Positions 15,188-27,600 of a stretch of 64,000 nt of DNA are shown here, piece after piece. Source of the DNA: Camelus dromedarius (Eukaryota); assembly GCF_036321535.1 (NCBI RefSeq), contig NC_087437.1, positions 66,962,001 through 67,026,000 on the forward strand, given 5' to 3'. Under the pieces are notes generated by a model that saw only the letters and a program-made list of their open reading frames with translations, was not told where the DNA came from and ran no database searches. Position 1 is the first letter of the stretch. Each line of letters opens with the position of its first letter. Position numbers and translations under genes: made by a program.

Positions 15188-15476
15188 TCTGCACAGATAC
15201 AGAGAACAAACTAGTGGTTACCAGTGAGGAGCGGGGAGAGACAGCAGAGAGGTGGAGGAGAGGGAGGTTCAAACTACTGGGTGTAAGACAAGACAAGCTC
15301 AGGGATGTATTGTACAACACAGGAAATATAGCTAAGATTTTGTAAATGGAAAGTAAACTTTAAAAATTGTATAAATATTAAAAATGAAAAGTAAGTTTAA
15401 AAAAATTAAGCAGTTTGGCTGTAGAAGCCATGCTCTTAACCACTAAAACAAACAAACAAAGAAACAAATAAATAAT
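15188..15476 (+). mobile_element. Younger L1 3' end with extra downstream segment and second A-rich tail
   Basis: L1 3'UTR (gaacaaactagtggttaccag...tgtacaacacagg), flanked by aagctgacaag / aaccgacaag, inserted in an older L1ME tail. Confidence 0.7.
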
Positions 15477-15740
15477 AACCGACAAGGCTAAACCAAAGTG
15501 TTTCATGATTCATATTTCATAATAAAATTATAAAGAAAAGTGAGAATGTCATTACCATAAAAGTCAGAGTAACAGTCCCTTTGTGGGGAGCAATAACCAT
15601 GACAGAAAGAAAGGGGGTTTCTCTGATGCTAGTAATATTTGAATTTTTTTTAACTTGAATGGTAGTTACTGGTATGCTCACTTCATGATAATTCACTGAG
15701 TTGTCCATGTCCTGTACACTTGTATGTGTGCTATATTTCA

Positions 15741-15875
<135 letters not shown>

Positions 15876-17612
15876 TTATGGTTCTGAGCTAAAGTTCTGC
15901 GGTCAGGTTATACCTGAAGCAATGTTTTGCGTTAATCTATCATAGCATGTTAAAGAAAGTCATCTCTATCCACAAATTACTTTCTTATTACTGATAGTTT
16001 TAGGCAAATTAAGGTAAAATGTGGAGGAATAAAAATTTAGTAATAAGTAGTAATGGATATTTTTCTAGTTTCCAAGATCAAATAGGTAGTGAGAAAGTTT
16101 TGGAGAAAGTTTTTGTTTTGAGAATTGTGACTTTAATAGACTGGGAAATCAATAAATTACTTTCTTTGAAAACTAGTCAAAGAAAAAATTATTGAATACA
16201 ATTTTTAAAACACTATGATTTTACATAGAACTTTCCTTCTGAGGCATTTGATCCTAAAAGGTGAAAATGATGTTCAGTGTTTATAATAATAAATGAGAAA
16301 GCATATAAAAAAAACTACAGGGACTCACTTCCAGACTTTTTTGTTGTTGTTGAATAACTCAAAATACTATAATAAAGTAAGCAGAATTTTCATTTGCAGG
16401 GAATAACAATAGGGCAAATCTCAGGTATGAAATATTCTGGTCTCTTTAGTGCACCCATGTCAATCAATTATTTCATACATGTTTCTATTAAAGACATATT
16501 TATAATTAATTTTTCTTATAACAATGTTCAATAAATAAGCATTATTTTTTTCTTGACAGATGAGGAAAATTACTTACAGAATGATTAGAATTCTACTTTC
16601 TACAACTTTAACCCTTCAGTTTAATAATTAGTAGTTCTTTGATTAAAGCTAGGAAACCCAGCCACTAACATTGTCCCATTAAAGGACATTTTAAGAAAAA
16701 AGGGCACAGAGCAGGCTTAATAAAGTAAATTCCACGTATCCCCACTTTGTATGAGGAAACTGGGATTCACAGCAGTTAAATAATTTCCCCTAAATCACAA
16801 AGATGACAAGTGGCAAAGTTAGAGTGGAGCCCTGAGCTAACAGATTATAAAATTTGTGCTCTTTCCTCTATATTCTGCTTCTTTACAATTAAAATTTTCC
16901 AGTTTAAATGTTTTCATTTGAGGTGGGCCATTCTTATCTACAACTTTCTAACTTCAAAGTTACTTCATGTATATATGTTATTATACATGTACATGTGCCT
17001 TGCCGGGTAATATTAACATAAAAACACACATGTCAGGAAAACAGAAACAAAAACAACCCACAAAACAGCAAAAATTTTATAAATATGGTAATATAATTCT
17101 ATACTGGCCCATGAATGTCATAATTTAAAGTTTCCCACCCTATATCCTGAGGCAATAAAATTTGTAATTTCAAGAATCAGAAGCAAATTTTAACTACTTC
17201 TTTTTTCCCCTAAAGAATGTGGTTTCTTAGATGGTCACAAGTTGGTCATCTTCTGAAAGTATTATTTTCCTGCCTGTGAAGTCTTTTTCTCTCCTTTTCA
17301 ATTGTCAATGTTTTGTCCTTCCTTCCTAGTCTGGCTCAAACTTTAACCCTTGGCCAAGTTTTTCCCTAGCAACTAATCTACCAGCTCTCTAATTCCTCTG
17401 AAGGACTTCATACTATGGTAACAATCATTTGGTGTTTATCATTTACTATGTATTGATTAATACATCTTAATGCACTTACTGACTTCTCAATGAGATCATA
17501 TCTCTTTAGCAAAGGCCCTTTCTTGTACCACTGGAAAGCCAGGTCAAAGTTTGTTTTTTACATTATAATTTCTGTAAAGCTCACAATTAAAGAAAGGGAT
17601 TGAGAGGTTTAC

Positions 17613-17759
17613 CTGGAATATTTGCAGAATGTGGTGTTTCTCCATGTATTGTAGTGCAAAGTAATAAGGATCTTCATATATTAGGGGAGGAAACTGCTTC
17701 CTATAAGGTTTGTTGTATGCCTGAGAACTCCTTCTTTCTTGGATTTCTGAACTATCATC
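17613..17759 (-). CDS. TEX55: TEX55 coding exon 2 (DDSSEIQERR...YEDPYYFALQYMEKHHILQIFQ), start of RIIa/Dpy-30-like D/D domain
   Basis: Acceptor ttgttatttcag|GAT and donor CAG|GTAAAC bound 147 nt (49 codons) in frame with exon 1. The YEDPY..LQYMEKHHILQIFQ motif matches recalled TEX55. Confidence 0.95.
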
Positions 17760-18307
17760 CTGAAATAACAATATCCCCCCAAAGGGTCTTAAATAAATAA
17801 AAAATCTCCAGGAAGTTTTGTTGTCATTGTTGCTCTGATCAGTGGAAGCTGATACTGATGGGATCTGAACACCAGGAATTGGAGTAAAGGCACATTATTA
17901 TGAGAGACCTGGTTGATCCAATGCACCCCAAGTCCTGGGAGGTACCTTAGACATCTCCAAGCTACTTCAAATACTTTCCCCTTCACAGAGATCTCCAATT
18001 GACTCCAAATTCCTTTCCTTTAGTAGAAGCCCAGAGAGGGGAAATGACTTAGTGTCCCAGTGTTAGCAGCAGAACCAGGACTTGAAACCCAGTCTCCTGA
18101 ATCCTGGTTCATTGCTCCTTCCTGAATTGCCTTACTTAGCGTAGCAGAGAAGGCAACACATCTCATTATTTCCCACCCTTCTCCTGTCCTTCCTGAATGC
18201 TACTCACCACAGTATGTGCCCTCCCCCCACTCTCCCATGTCACCACTACAGGCCCCAGGCTTGGCCTCTAACTTCCCAGGTGGGTATCAAATGCCCCTTT
18301 AACTTAC

Positions 18308-19465
18308 AGGCTTGATTTCTGTGGCTTGAGTTTTTTCCTGACTGATGATGTAATCCAATTTGGATGAAATGGAGGGAAATTTTGGGGAATAGGTTAAGTC
18401 TTTTTCTTGCAAGTGACCGATCGATCTGTCATCAAATGGGTTGAATGCTTGCAGATCGGTTACACTTTCGGTGTCAGTTTCAAGGGAAACGTTGGATACG
18501 TTGCTGTCTGTCTGGCTAGGCTCAAATTTGCAGGGTTGTACTCTGAAGTCATCTTCTTTGTCTTCCCTGATGTTGCCAAAATCTGCAAACATTCTGTTAT
18601 CAGACTGGCTATGTTCTCCATAGTCAAACACGTTGTCTTCTGTGTAGTCATACTCTTTGTCCATTAAGTCAGATACACTGTGGTCAGCCTTGTCAATTTT
18701 AAGGTGATCAGCAGGGTCAGCAGCTTGGTATTCAGCTGGTTTAGTCACTTGGTCAGACACTTCGCTGGTAGTCCTTACCAATGCTCTGTGGTCAGCATGG
18801 ACAGACAATCTATGGTCAATCTGTTCAGAAGATTTTCGCTCAACCAGGCCAGACAATCTACTTTCAATCTGTTGAGTTCTTTGGTCAGTTGGGTGGGACG
18901 TTCTGTGGTCAATCTGCTCAGAGGCTATTTGTACGGATGGGACAGATGGTTTACGGTCAGTCTGTTCAGAAGATCTTCTCTCAGCTAGGCTGGACGTCCT
19001 GTGATCAATCTGTTCTGAAGTCCTTTGTTCAATTTGTTCAGAGGTATCTTGTTCAGGCAGAGCAGACATCTGGCTGTCAACCTGTTCAGTCTCGACCCCA
19101 TCAGCTTGGCTAGATGCCTTGCTGTCCATCTGTTCTGACATTCTTCGGTTAACCTGATCAGATGCTCTACCATCGATAGCATTAAAATAGTCGGATGCTT
19201 TGAGGTCAGCCTGATCAGATGTTCTTTCTCCAATGTTTTCATACAGTTTGGGGTCAGCTTGACTAAATTTGTTGGGTTCAGCCAGGCCAGACACTCCTTG
19301 GACAGCCTGGTCAGCTGTTTTGTGATCAGTCTGGTCATCTGTCTCCACTTCATCTTGTTTCTGCCTGTTGTCTTCCTGGCTGTCTGTGTGGCTGTCATTT
19401 GAGGACTTGGCTTTGCTTTCGACTTCCAAGGATTCTGCCGGAACTTCTTCTGGAGGCTCTTCCAT
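18308..19465 (-). CDS. TEX55: TEX55 (C3orf30/TSCPA) coding exon 1, 386 codons, acidic low-complexity repeat region
   Basis: The 388-aa [17 protein letters not shown]...FRVQPCKFE...[19 protein letters not shown] resembles recalled human C3orf30 (MEEPPQEALAEPL...YRVQPCKFE...LPSISSKLNY.SSQEKTQA). It ends at a phase-0 donor CCT|GTAAGT (+ strand acttac at 18302-18307). Confidence 0.95.
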
Positions 19466-19479
19466 TTTCTGCCTGGTAC

Positions 19480-20050
19480 CTGACTGCCCTAGGCTGCCAA
19501 GCCGCTGTGGGTGGGGCCGAGTCTGGTCGTCCAGGCAACCTTACAGGAGCCCGCGATGACAATGCCTGCGGGCTTTGTTCGAGCCTCCCTGCACCAGTTC
19601 TTCCGGGCCCGCGAGCGGATACCTGGAGGTGAGCGGGGCCGCCCGCCGCTGCCTCCAGGCGTAGCCTGGACTGGGGCGCCAGCCACTCGCAGTGCGGATG
19701 CCAGCACAGGGGCCGACACCCTTCTCTGGAGAAGAGGTGATGACCAGAGGTGTGGCATCGCCACCGCCCAGCGACAAGGTCTCAGGGCTCTGTGAATCGG
19801 CGCATTAGAGCGGTACCCTCCTTGTTTCCTTGTGGAGGTCCACTGCGGCATGTGTGAAATAGGATCGTTCAGGTATCACTTTAACCAACAAAATGTTAGC
19901 GATGAACACGCGTCCAACCGCACGAGGGCGGCATACCTGAACCGAGGTCACTGTTGCCGTCAATCAAATCCGCGCTTCATCGGCCACCGACTTTTGTCTA
20001 ATCACAGTTGTGCCGCACGGTATGATATTCGTGCTGGGCACTGTGCTGGT
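19480..20050. promoter_or_regulatory. CpG island / bidirectional promoter of TEX55 (-) and distal IGSF11 isoform (+)
   Basis: Only CpG-dense, GC-rich segment in the window, immediately upstream of the TEX55 ATG. TEX55 and IGSF11 are known to be head-to-head in human. Confidence 0.85.
19526..19539. promoter_or_regulatory. RFX X-box-like motif GTCGTCCAGGCAAC
   Basis: Perfect GGCAAC half-site with correctly spaced GTnRy half (consensus GTTGCCATGGCAAC), about 60 nt upstream of the TEX55 ATG. Confidence 0.55.
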
Positions 20051-20349
20051 AAATGGTCCTGCTAAATGTTACTCTTCTTAAGAGAATCCGTATTGTGGTT
20101 ATGCGGCCAAATTCTTCTTTTTTTTTAATTAAAAAAATGTTTTAAATCCTGCCTTTACAAACAGTGCTGGTGCTGTTTTTAGTGGTACTAGGAAGGGTTT
20201 AGTCCCAATTAACACTCATTACCAAAGTCATACGGATCTTTCTTCACAGTAAGAGTGTAGAGAGGAGGAATTTGCCCTCTTCCCTACCCTCACCCTACAC
20301 ACCCCTTGGCAGTTTATTGCTGCAGGAGCATCCTTTTCTTTGTCTCCAG

Positions 20350-20474
20350 GGACAGGCGAACAGCTGTTTCCCATCTCCTCCGGGAAGAGCTATGCTGGCT
20401 GTGGAAACTCTAAACGCCAAGGTGTTTTCTGTCAGAATTAGTCATATAGGGCTGGAGAGCTGGAGGGAGGAGAG
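20350..20474 (+). other. IGSF11: Candidate non-coding 5'UTR exon of distal IGSF11 isoform
   Basis: Acceptor tccttttctttgtctccag|G and donor GAG|GTAATC. An upstream candidate first-exon donor GAG|GTGAGC lies at 19628/19629. Motif evidence only. Confidence 0.35.
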
Positions 20475-21639
20475 GTAATCAAGGGAGAATGGATTCTAAA
20501 ATCACACCATCCGATGGTCCTAGAGCATAAGGGAGGGCTAGGGTTAGGAGCCAGAGTTCCAGAAAGAAAAGGAGTAAGGAAGGTGGGGAAGAGACAGGAG
20601 AAGGAATATTTAACAAGTGAGGAATTTGCACTTAGTGGTGGTGGCCAGGTTCTGAGATTTGCTCCTCCCCTTTTGAAATAAACCTTAAGAATCTACTTCC
20701 AGCCAACACTTCTGCTTTCCGGAACAGGGCGGTGCAGAGGTGGTAACTGATGAAACTTGGACTCTTAAAAGCCTAAATCACTAAGGCAGGGCAAGGATTG
20801 GTAGTATAATGCCAGATATTCTTTTAAAATGGGTTTAATTGTATTCAATAGTTAGAAATAAGATTTAAAATCCAAATAGCAATTAAGGAGTGAGAGGGAG
20901 AGTGGGTACCCTTGGCGTCATACTTAGGGGCAGAAAGGAGAATTTAGATACACTGAAATAAAATCATTTACCTAACAGTACCTAGGACATAGCAGGTGCT
21001 CAAGATGTGTTTGTTGAATATAAACATATTAGTAATTTGCCTTCTTTATCTTAAAATGTGTGGAACAAGTGGGTGCTATGTGTGGAGTAAAACAGCTGAC
21101 AGGCTATGGTTTGCAACTTCAAAGGGGCATTGATTTTGTAGATTTGTTTTCCCATTTATAAATTAAATGTAGAATTTAATTATTTAAATTATTGTAGAAA
21201 AGTAAGAAAAACAGGCATAAATTTAAAAAAAATTCCCCAAGCACTCAAGGGATAACCATTATTAACATGTTGATACGTATGCTTCTAGAATTTTCCGTAT
21301 GCAAATCTATTAATATATATAGATGTGCGTATATTTAACAAAACAGAATCAAACCATGCAACTGTGCTATAAACTACATTTTCATTTAAGACTATGATTT
21401 AGATGTTCTTCCATGTCAAGATATGGAATCTAAATTACACACTGGCTTTTGGAGTCAGACCAAGTTGGCTCTACTTCTATATCTGCCACTTACTAGATTT
21501 TTGAGCTTGAGCAAATCTCATTATTTTTCTGAACTTCAATTTTCTCATCTGCTGATGAAAATGAGAATAATGTAATAGTTCTCAGAATTCTTGTGAAAAC
21601 TAAATGAGATAATATATAATTAGCTCATATGCATCATAA

Positions 21640-24600
21640 AGAATAGCTATTTCAAAATACATGTGTAATTTATTATATTAATGTATTTTGCTGTTTGGAA
21701 TAGTGCTGCATTGACCATCATTGTACAAACATTTTATAAGCTTGTCATATTTTTTTCTTTAAGATAAATTTTCAGTTGCAGAATTACTTGGTTAAGGAAA
21801 TGTGCTTATTTTGGTTTTTTGAAAGTACTATACTTAAAAAATCCCTTGCTCCACCAGTAATTTATGAGAGTACTATTTCCTATACCAAGTCTGATTCTGT
21901 GTATATTTTTCATTTTTGCCTCTCTCATAAGTGAAAAATAGTATTTTGTTTTCATTTGTATTCTTTTTCACATGTTTAATGACTTTGGATTTCCTTTTTT
22001 GTAAATTTCCTAGTCTTGCTCTTATCTTTTCCTTATTGATTTATAGGAGCTTCTTTTATATCAAAATATTTAATTCTTTGCTATAAAAATTGCAAATAAA
22101 GTTTCTTGGCTTGTTTGCTATGCAGTTTTTATATTTTTTTGTTTTTATGAGGTTAAGGTCCATTTTTCCCTTTCTAGTTTTTAATCTTTGGGGTCATGCT
22201 TAAAAAGACCTTCCTTATCTCTTAAGACTATATAAATTTTCCCCACTTATATTTTATTTTAGTACTTTTTGGTGTGTGTGTATTTTTTTTTCCTTACATC
22301 AAGTTAAGCGCTCAAAACTAAGTGTGAAACTTGATGAAGTTTTACATATGTATACATTTATTTATACAGTGCCCAGATCAAGATATAGACTATTTCCAAC
22401 ACTCTAGCAAGTTTCCTCATGTCCCCACCCAGTGAATACCACTCCTAAAGTTAAATATCGTCCTGATCTCTGTTTCCATAGCTTAGTTTTTCTGGTTTTT
22501 GAACACCACAAAATATGATTCTTATTCTGGCCTCTTTTATTCTACATTATGTCTATGAGACTACCATATTCTTACATGTAGCAGTATATAGTTATTTTTC
22601 ATTGCTGTGCCATATTCCATGGCGTGATAATACCACAAATTATCTATCAACTCTGACATTGACTGACATTGGATTGTTTATAGCTTGGAACTACTTAGAA
22701 CTTTCTTCTATGTGTCTTTTCGTGGATATAAGTGCTCATTTCTCTTGGAACAGTGCACAGTGTGGGATTCCTGGATTGTAGAATAGGCTTATGTTTGGCT
22801 TTAGTAAATACTGCCAGACAGATTTCCAAAATGGTAGTGCCAATTTGCACTCTTACTAGCAATGTATAAAAGGATTCCAGTTGCTCTGCATACTTGCGTT
22901 TTATTCTTGGCTGTTCTGATGTATTGCTTAGAGCCTCGACATAATGAATTTGAGGAGAACATAGTTTAGTCCATTACAGCCATAGAGGTGAGGACTTATT
23001 TCTAGATTCTCAATTCTATTCCATTAGTCTATCTATCTACCCATATGCCAGTACCACACGATTTGGTTCCTACTGTTTTAAAATAAATTTTGAAATCAGG
23101 AATTGCAAGTTATCCAACTTTGTTCTTTTTTAATATTGTTTTGAATTGCTACAGACCCTTGAAGTCATACATGAATTTTAATACTGGCTTTTCCTTTTCT
23201 GCAAAAAGCTTATTGGAATTTTGATAGGGAGCTCATTGTATCTGTATATTGCTTTGAGATAGTATTGCCTTTCTAAGAATACTAAGTCTTCCAATCATGA
23301 AAATGTAATGTTTTGTCCATTTATTTATAGCTTCTTTAATTTCTTTCATCAGTCTTTTGTTGTTTTCAGTGTACAAGTCTTTCACCCTCTGCTTGGTTTA
23401 ATTTATTCCTAGGGATTTTATTCTTTTGGATGCTACTATAAATGAAACTGTTTACTTAATTTCATTTTTTGGATTGTTCATTACTAGTGTATAGAAATAC
23501 AGCTGATTTTTGTGAGTTTATCTTGTATCTTGCAACTTTAAATTTGCTTATTATTTCTAATAGTTTTTTGTAGGCTTTTAAAGGATTTTCTGTATATAAG
23601 ATCATGTCACCTGTGAATAGGGATGGTTTTACTCTCTTCTTCCAATTTAGATGCATTTTCTTTTTCTTGCCTAAACTCTTACTAGAAGTTCCCGGACAGC
23701 AGTGAATAGAAGCGGTGAAAGTGTGCATCCGTGTCTTGTTCCTGATCCTAAGGCGAAGGCTTTCACTGCTGACTATGATACGGGTTTTCATCAAAGTCAT
23801 TTATCAGAATGAGAAAGTGCCCTTCTGTTTTTTTTTTTTTTATTTTTTGAGTGTTTTATCATAAAAGGGTATTGGATTTTAAAACTGCCTTTTATGCAAC
23901 AATTGAAATGATTGTGTTTTTTTCTCTTTTATTCTATCAATATAGTGCATAGCATTGATTACTTTTTACGTGGTGAACTACCCTAACATCCGTGGGATAA
24001 ATCCAACTGGCTCATGGGGTATGATGCTTTTAATATGCTTCTGAATTTAGTTACTCGTATTTTCTTGAGGATTTTTTCATATATATTCATAAGAGATATT
24101 AGTCTCTAGTTTTCTTTTTTCTTGTGATGTCTTTTGTCTGGTTTGGTATCAGGGTAATGCTGATGTACAAAATGAGTTAGAAAGTGTTCCTTTCTCTTTT
24201 ACTCTTTGGAAGAGTGTGAGAAGTGTTGGTGTTAAGTTTTCTGTAAATTGTTGGTAGACTTCATCAGTGAAGTCATCTGTTCCTGGGTTGGTCTGGTGGT
24301 AGTTTTTGTTGCTGTTTTTCACTGTTGCTGATTTAATCTCTTTCTGTGTTACAGGTCTGGTATTTTCTGTTTCTTTTTGAGTCAGTTTTGGTAGTAGGTG
24401 TGTTTCTAGGACTTTGTCCAGTTTATCTATGTTATCTAATTTTGCTATACAGTTGTTCATAGTATTCTCTTATAATCCTTTCTACTTCCACAAGACTGGT
24501 AGTGATGTCCCCACTTTTATTTCTGATTTTGGTTACTTAGTACTTCTCTATTTTTTTTGTCAGTCTAGCTAAAGTTTTGCCAATTTTGTTAACCTTTTCA

Positions 24601-27600
24601 AGGAATCAATTTTTTGTTTTGTTATTTCTCTCTGTTGTCTTCCTACACTCTGTTTCATTTATCTCTGCTCTATTCTTTAAAAGAGAATTTCCTTCCATCT
24701 TCTAGCTCGGGTTTGTTTTGCTCTTCTCCTTATAGTTCTTTAAAGTGTAAAGTTAGGTTGTTGATTTGAGATCTTTCTTCTTTTTTAATGTAGACATTTA
24801 CAGCCATAAATTTCCTCTGGAGCATTGTTTCCCCTGTATCCCAGAAGTTTTGGGATGTTGTGTTTTTATTTTCATTCATCGCAAGGTATACATTTCCCTT
24901 GTAATACTGTTATCATCTATTAGTCATTTAAAACTGTACTGCTTAATTTCCAAATATTTGTGAATTTTCCAGTTTTATTTCTCTTACAAATTTATAGCTT
25001 CATTCTACTGTGTGTGTCAGAGAAGATACTTCTGGGATTTCAATCTTCTAAATTTATGAAGACTTGTTTTGTGGTGTAACACAAGGTCTCTCTTGGAGAA
25101 TGTTCTATGAGAGGACTGTGTGTCCGGTATTTTGGGTGGAATGTTCTTTATATGTCTGGTCTAGTTTGTTTATAGTGTTGTTCAAGTCTTATATTTTCTT
25201 ATTGATCTTCTGTCTCAATATTCTATCCTTTGGACACTTAATGTCAGTCCATCAAGTAGCCTTCAGACGAGTCAAAAGAGGCAAACAGTTCTTTGAGAAT
25301 AAGGTGTGTTCTGCTGTCTCTGGAACCAGGGACTATGGTCCTACACTGTGAACATGGGCTGTTATCTTCAAAACTGTTGCTGCATTGAGAAGCTGGGAAC
25401 AAGGACAAAAAAAAATGCTGCAGTGCTTTTCTATTATTTGTAAGTTACCTCTTCCTGGAGTCAGCATTTACTTGGTTTGGCCTTTGGCTATTTTCCAGAG
25501 TCCCGACAAAGTTGACTGACAGTTTTTGCTTATTATTTCATTGTTTCTGTGGAAGGAAAGGCCTCTGTCATTTTCACTGATGTCATTCCTCACCCACCAC
25601 CCCGACCCCCCTTAAACTTTTGGAAGTGGAACACTGTTAATCCACATCAGATTTCCAGCTTCTTTTGAAGAATGGAAAATCTGTCGGTGCTGAGCTCACA
25701 GTTCCACATTATCAGCAATTGCCTGGTGAGTAGCAGTTGCCCACTTCAAGCAGAACATACACTCTTCAGTTTCCCCGCACTTTCCCTCCTGCGCCTTAAT
25801 CATTTAAGTTGCCTGATTGATTCTTCCACCCGTTTTAATTTTCACTCTCTTTAGTATTACATAGTGAATAAGAGACCAGGCCTTAGGGAAGTGACCTGTC
25901 CTCTGTGAGCTGCAGTGCCTTCACTTGTAAAATGAAGATAAACAGCTCCTCAACTGAGCTGTTGAGATGAGTAGATGATATAATATTTATAATGAATTTA
26001 CCCCAGTGCCTAATATTCAGCAAGTAAATAATAGTGCTTATGAGTCTTAATGTAAATTTATTAAAGTCATCATTTATGTCCTTTGGTAATGTTTGGATTT
26101 TTCCCTTTATGTGTTGAATGTATTTGTTAAAAAAAAAAGTTATTCTTATGTAGTTTATGAGTTTTATTATTATTATGAATTGGATTTTTTCTGATATATT
26201 TTCTAAATAACTAATATGTAGGAAAGATAATGATTTCTGTTTCTCTTTTATACTGCCCTCTTTTTAATTTTATTAGTGAATAGACTTTCAGATTAGTTCA
26301 ATTTTTCTTAATAGACAATGGTAACGATAACTTTTCCTCTTCCTTTATAATATTTATACTTCTTATTCTTTTTCTTTTCCAATGTTGAATAAGACTGCCA
26401 AACAACGTTTAATAATCACAAAGATTATAGATATCTTCATTTTATCCCTGAATATAATGAGAATGTCCCATTAAATGTAATGCTTAATTTTGGTTTCTGA
26501 TATAAGGAAGTTTCTATTTATATTTTACAAAAGATTTGAATTGGCTTTTGAATTTTATCAAATAATTTGTAGTATCTATTGAAATAATCATATAATTACC
26601 TCCATTAATTTATTCATGTGGTTACATCAATAGATTTTTAAATGTTAAATCACTTATCCATTCCTGGAATAAACCTTACTTGGTCATCCTATATTTAACT
26701 CAGTACAATTCTGGAATCAGTTGCTAATATTTTTTTTTTGGGTGTTTGTATTTTATTAATCAGTGAAATTGGTCTGTTGTTACTTTTTCTAATTTTATAT
26801 TTGTCAAGTTTTGGTATTAGGATTATGCTAGCTTTATAAAATAATTTAAGAAACTTACTGTCTTTTTCTGTGTCCTAGAACAGTTTATATGGGAACTATC
26901 CGTTCTTCAGATAGCTTTGCTAAAACTCACCTATCAAATCTCATGGTCTGGCTCCTTGAAGGGTGCATGGGTTATGGTTGTGGTTTGAACAGATCTTTTA
27001 TAGGATTTCCAACTTATTGTATGGTTATTGGTCTACTTAGATTTCCCCCCTCTACTTGAAAACATTTTGATAATTCAACTTTATTTAGAAACATATTTCA
27101 TTTCATCTCAAATTTAAAATTTATTGAACATACAGTATTTTCTTATGCTATTATTTCAATCTTCTCTCTATATATTTATAAGTCTTTTTAAATTTTCAAT
27201 ATTGAGTCCTTTTTCTTTCTTGGTTACTCAGTTATACTTTCTTTCTAGTGTGGTTTTTTTTTCAATGCTTCTTTAAATAGTCTTTCTAAAGAAATACCTT
27301 GTGTTTATTAGTTCTGTTGTAAGGTGTTTTGGAGTGTTAAGGTTATGGTAAAATAGACAGTGAGTTTACAGTTTTGTGCTCTTCTGACCTGTAATACCTA
27401 ATTGTGTGGGCTGCTAAGACCACTGTATTTTGGGTGAGCATCCATGACACACGAAGGAATCAGCAGGGAGCCAGTTGACCCTCCTGCATCCTTTCCCATT
27501 TATATTCTTTACCCTGTTTATTTATTACTTTATGAGTAAACTAAGGAGAAGGCAACTCTGAACAGAGTTCAAGCTGTCATTTTTTTCCTGTCCTTAAACC

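Noticed and set aside
17544..17771. 75-aa ORF as a standalone gene
   Set aside because: It is TEX55 exon 2 plus intronic read-through on both sides.
18407..19398. Alternative-frame and antisense ORFs overlapping TEX55 exon 1
   Set aside because: Shadows of a repetitive, biased coding exon.
19368..20065. Several overlapping 63-120 aa ORFs on both strands (e.g. 19489-19851 -, 19541-19777 -, 19511-19795 +)
   Set aside because: Expected from stop-poor GC-rich CpG-island sequence, with no recognisable protein. The 19541-19777 ORF is in frame with TEX55 but a TAA separates it from the ATG.
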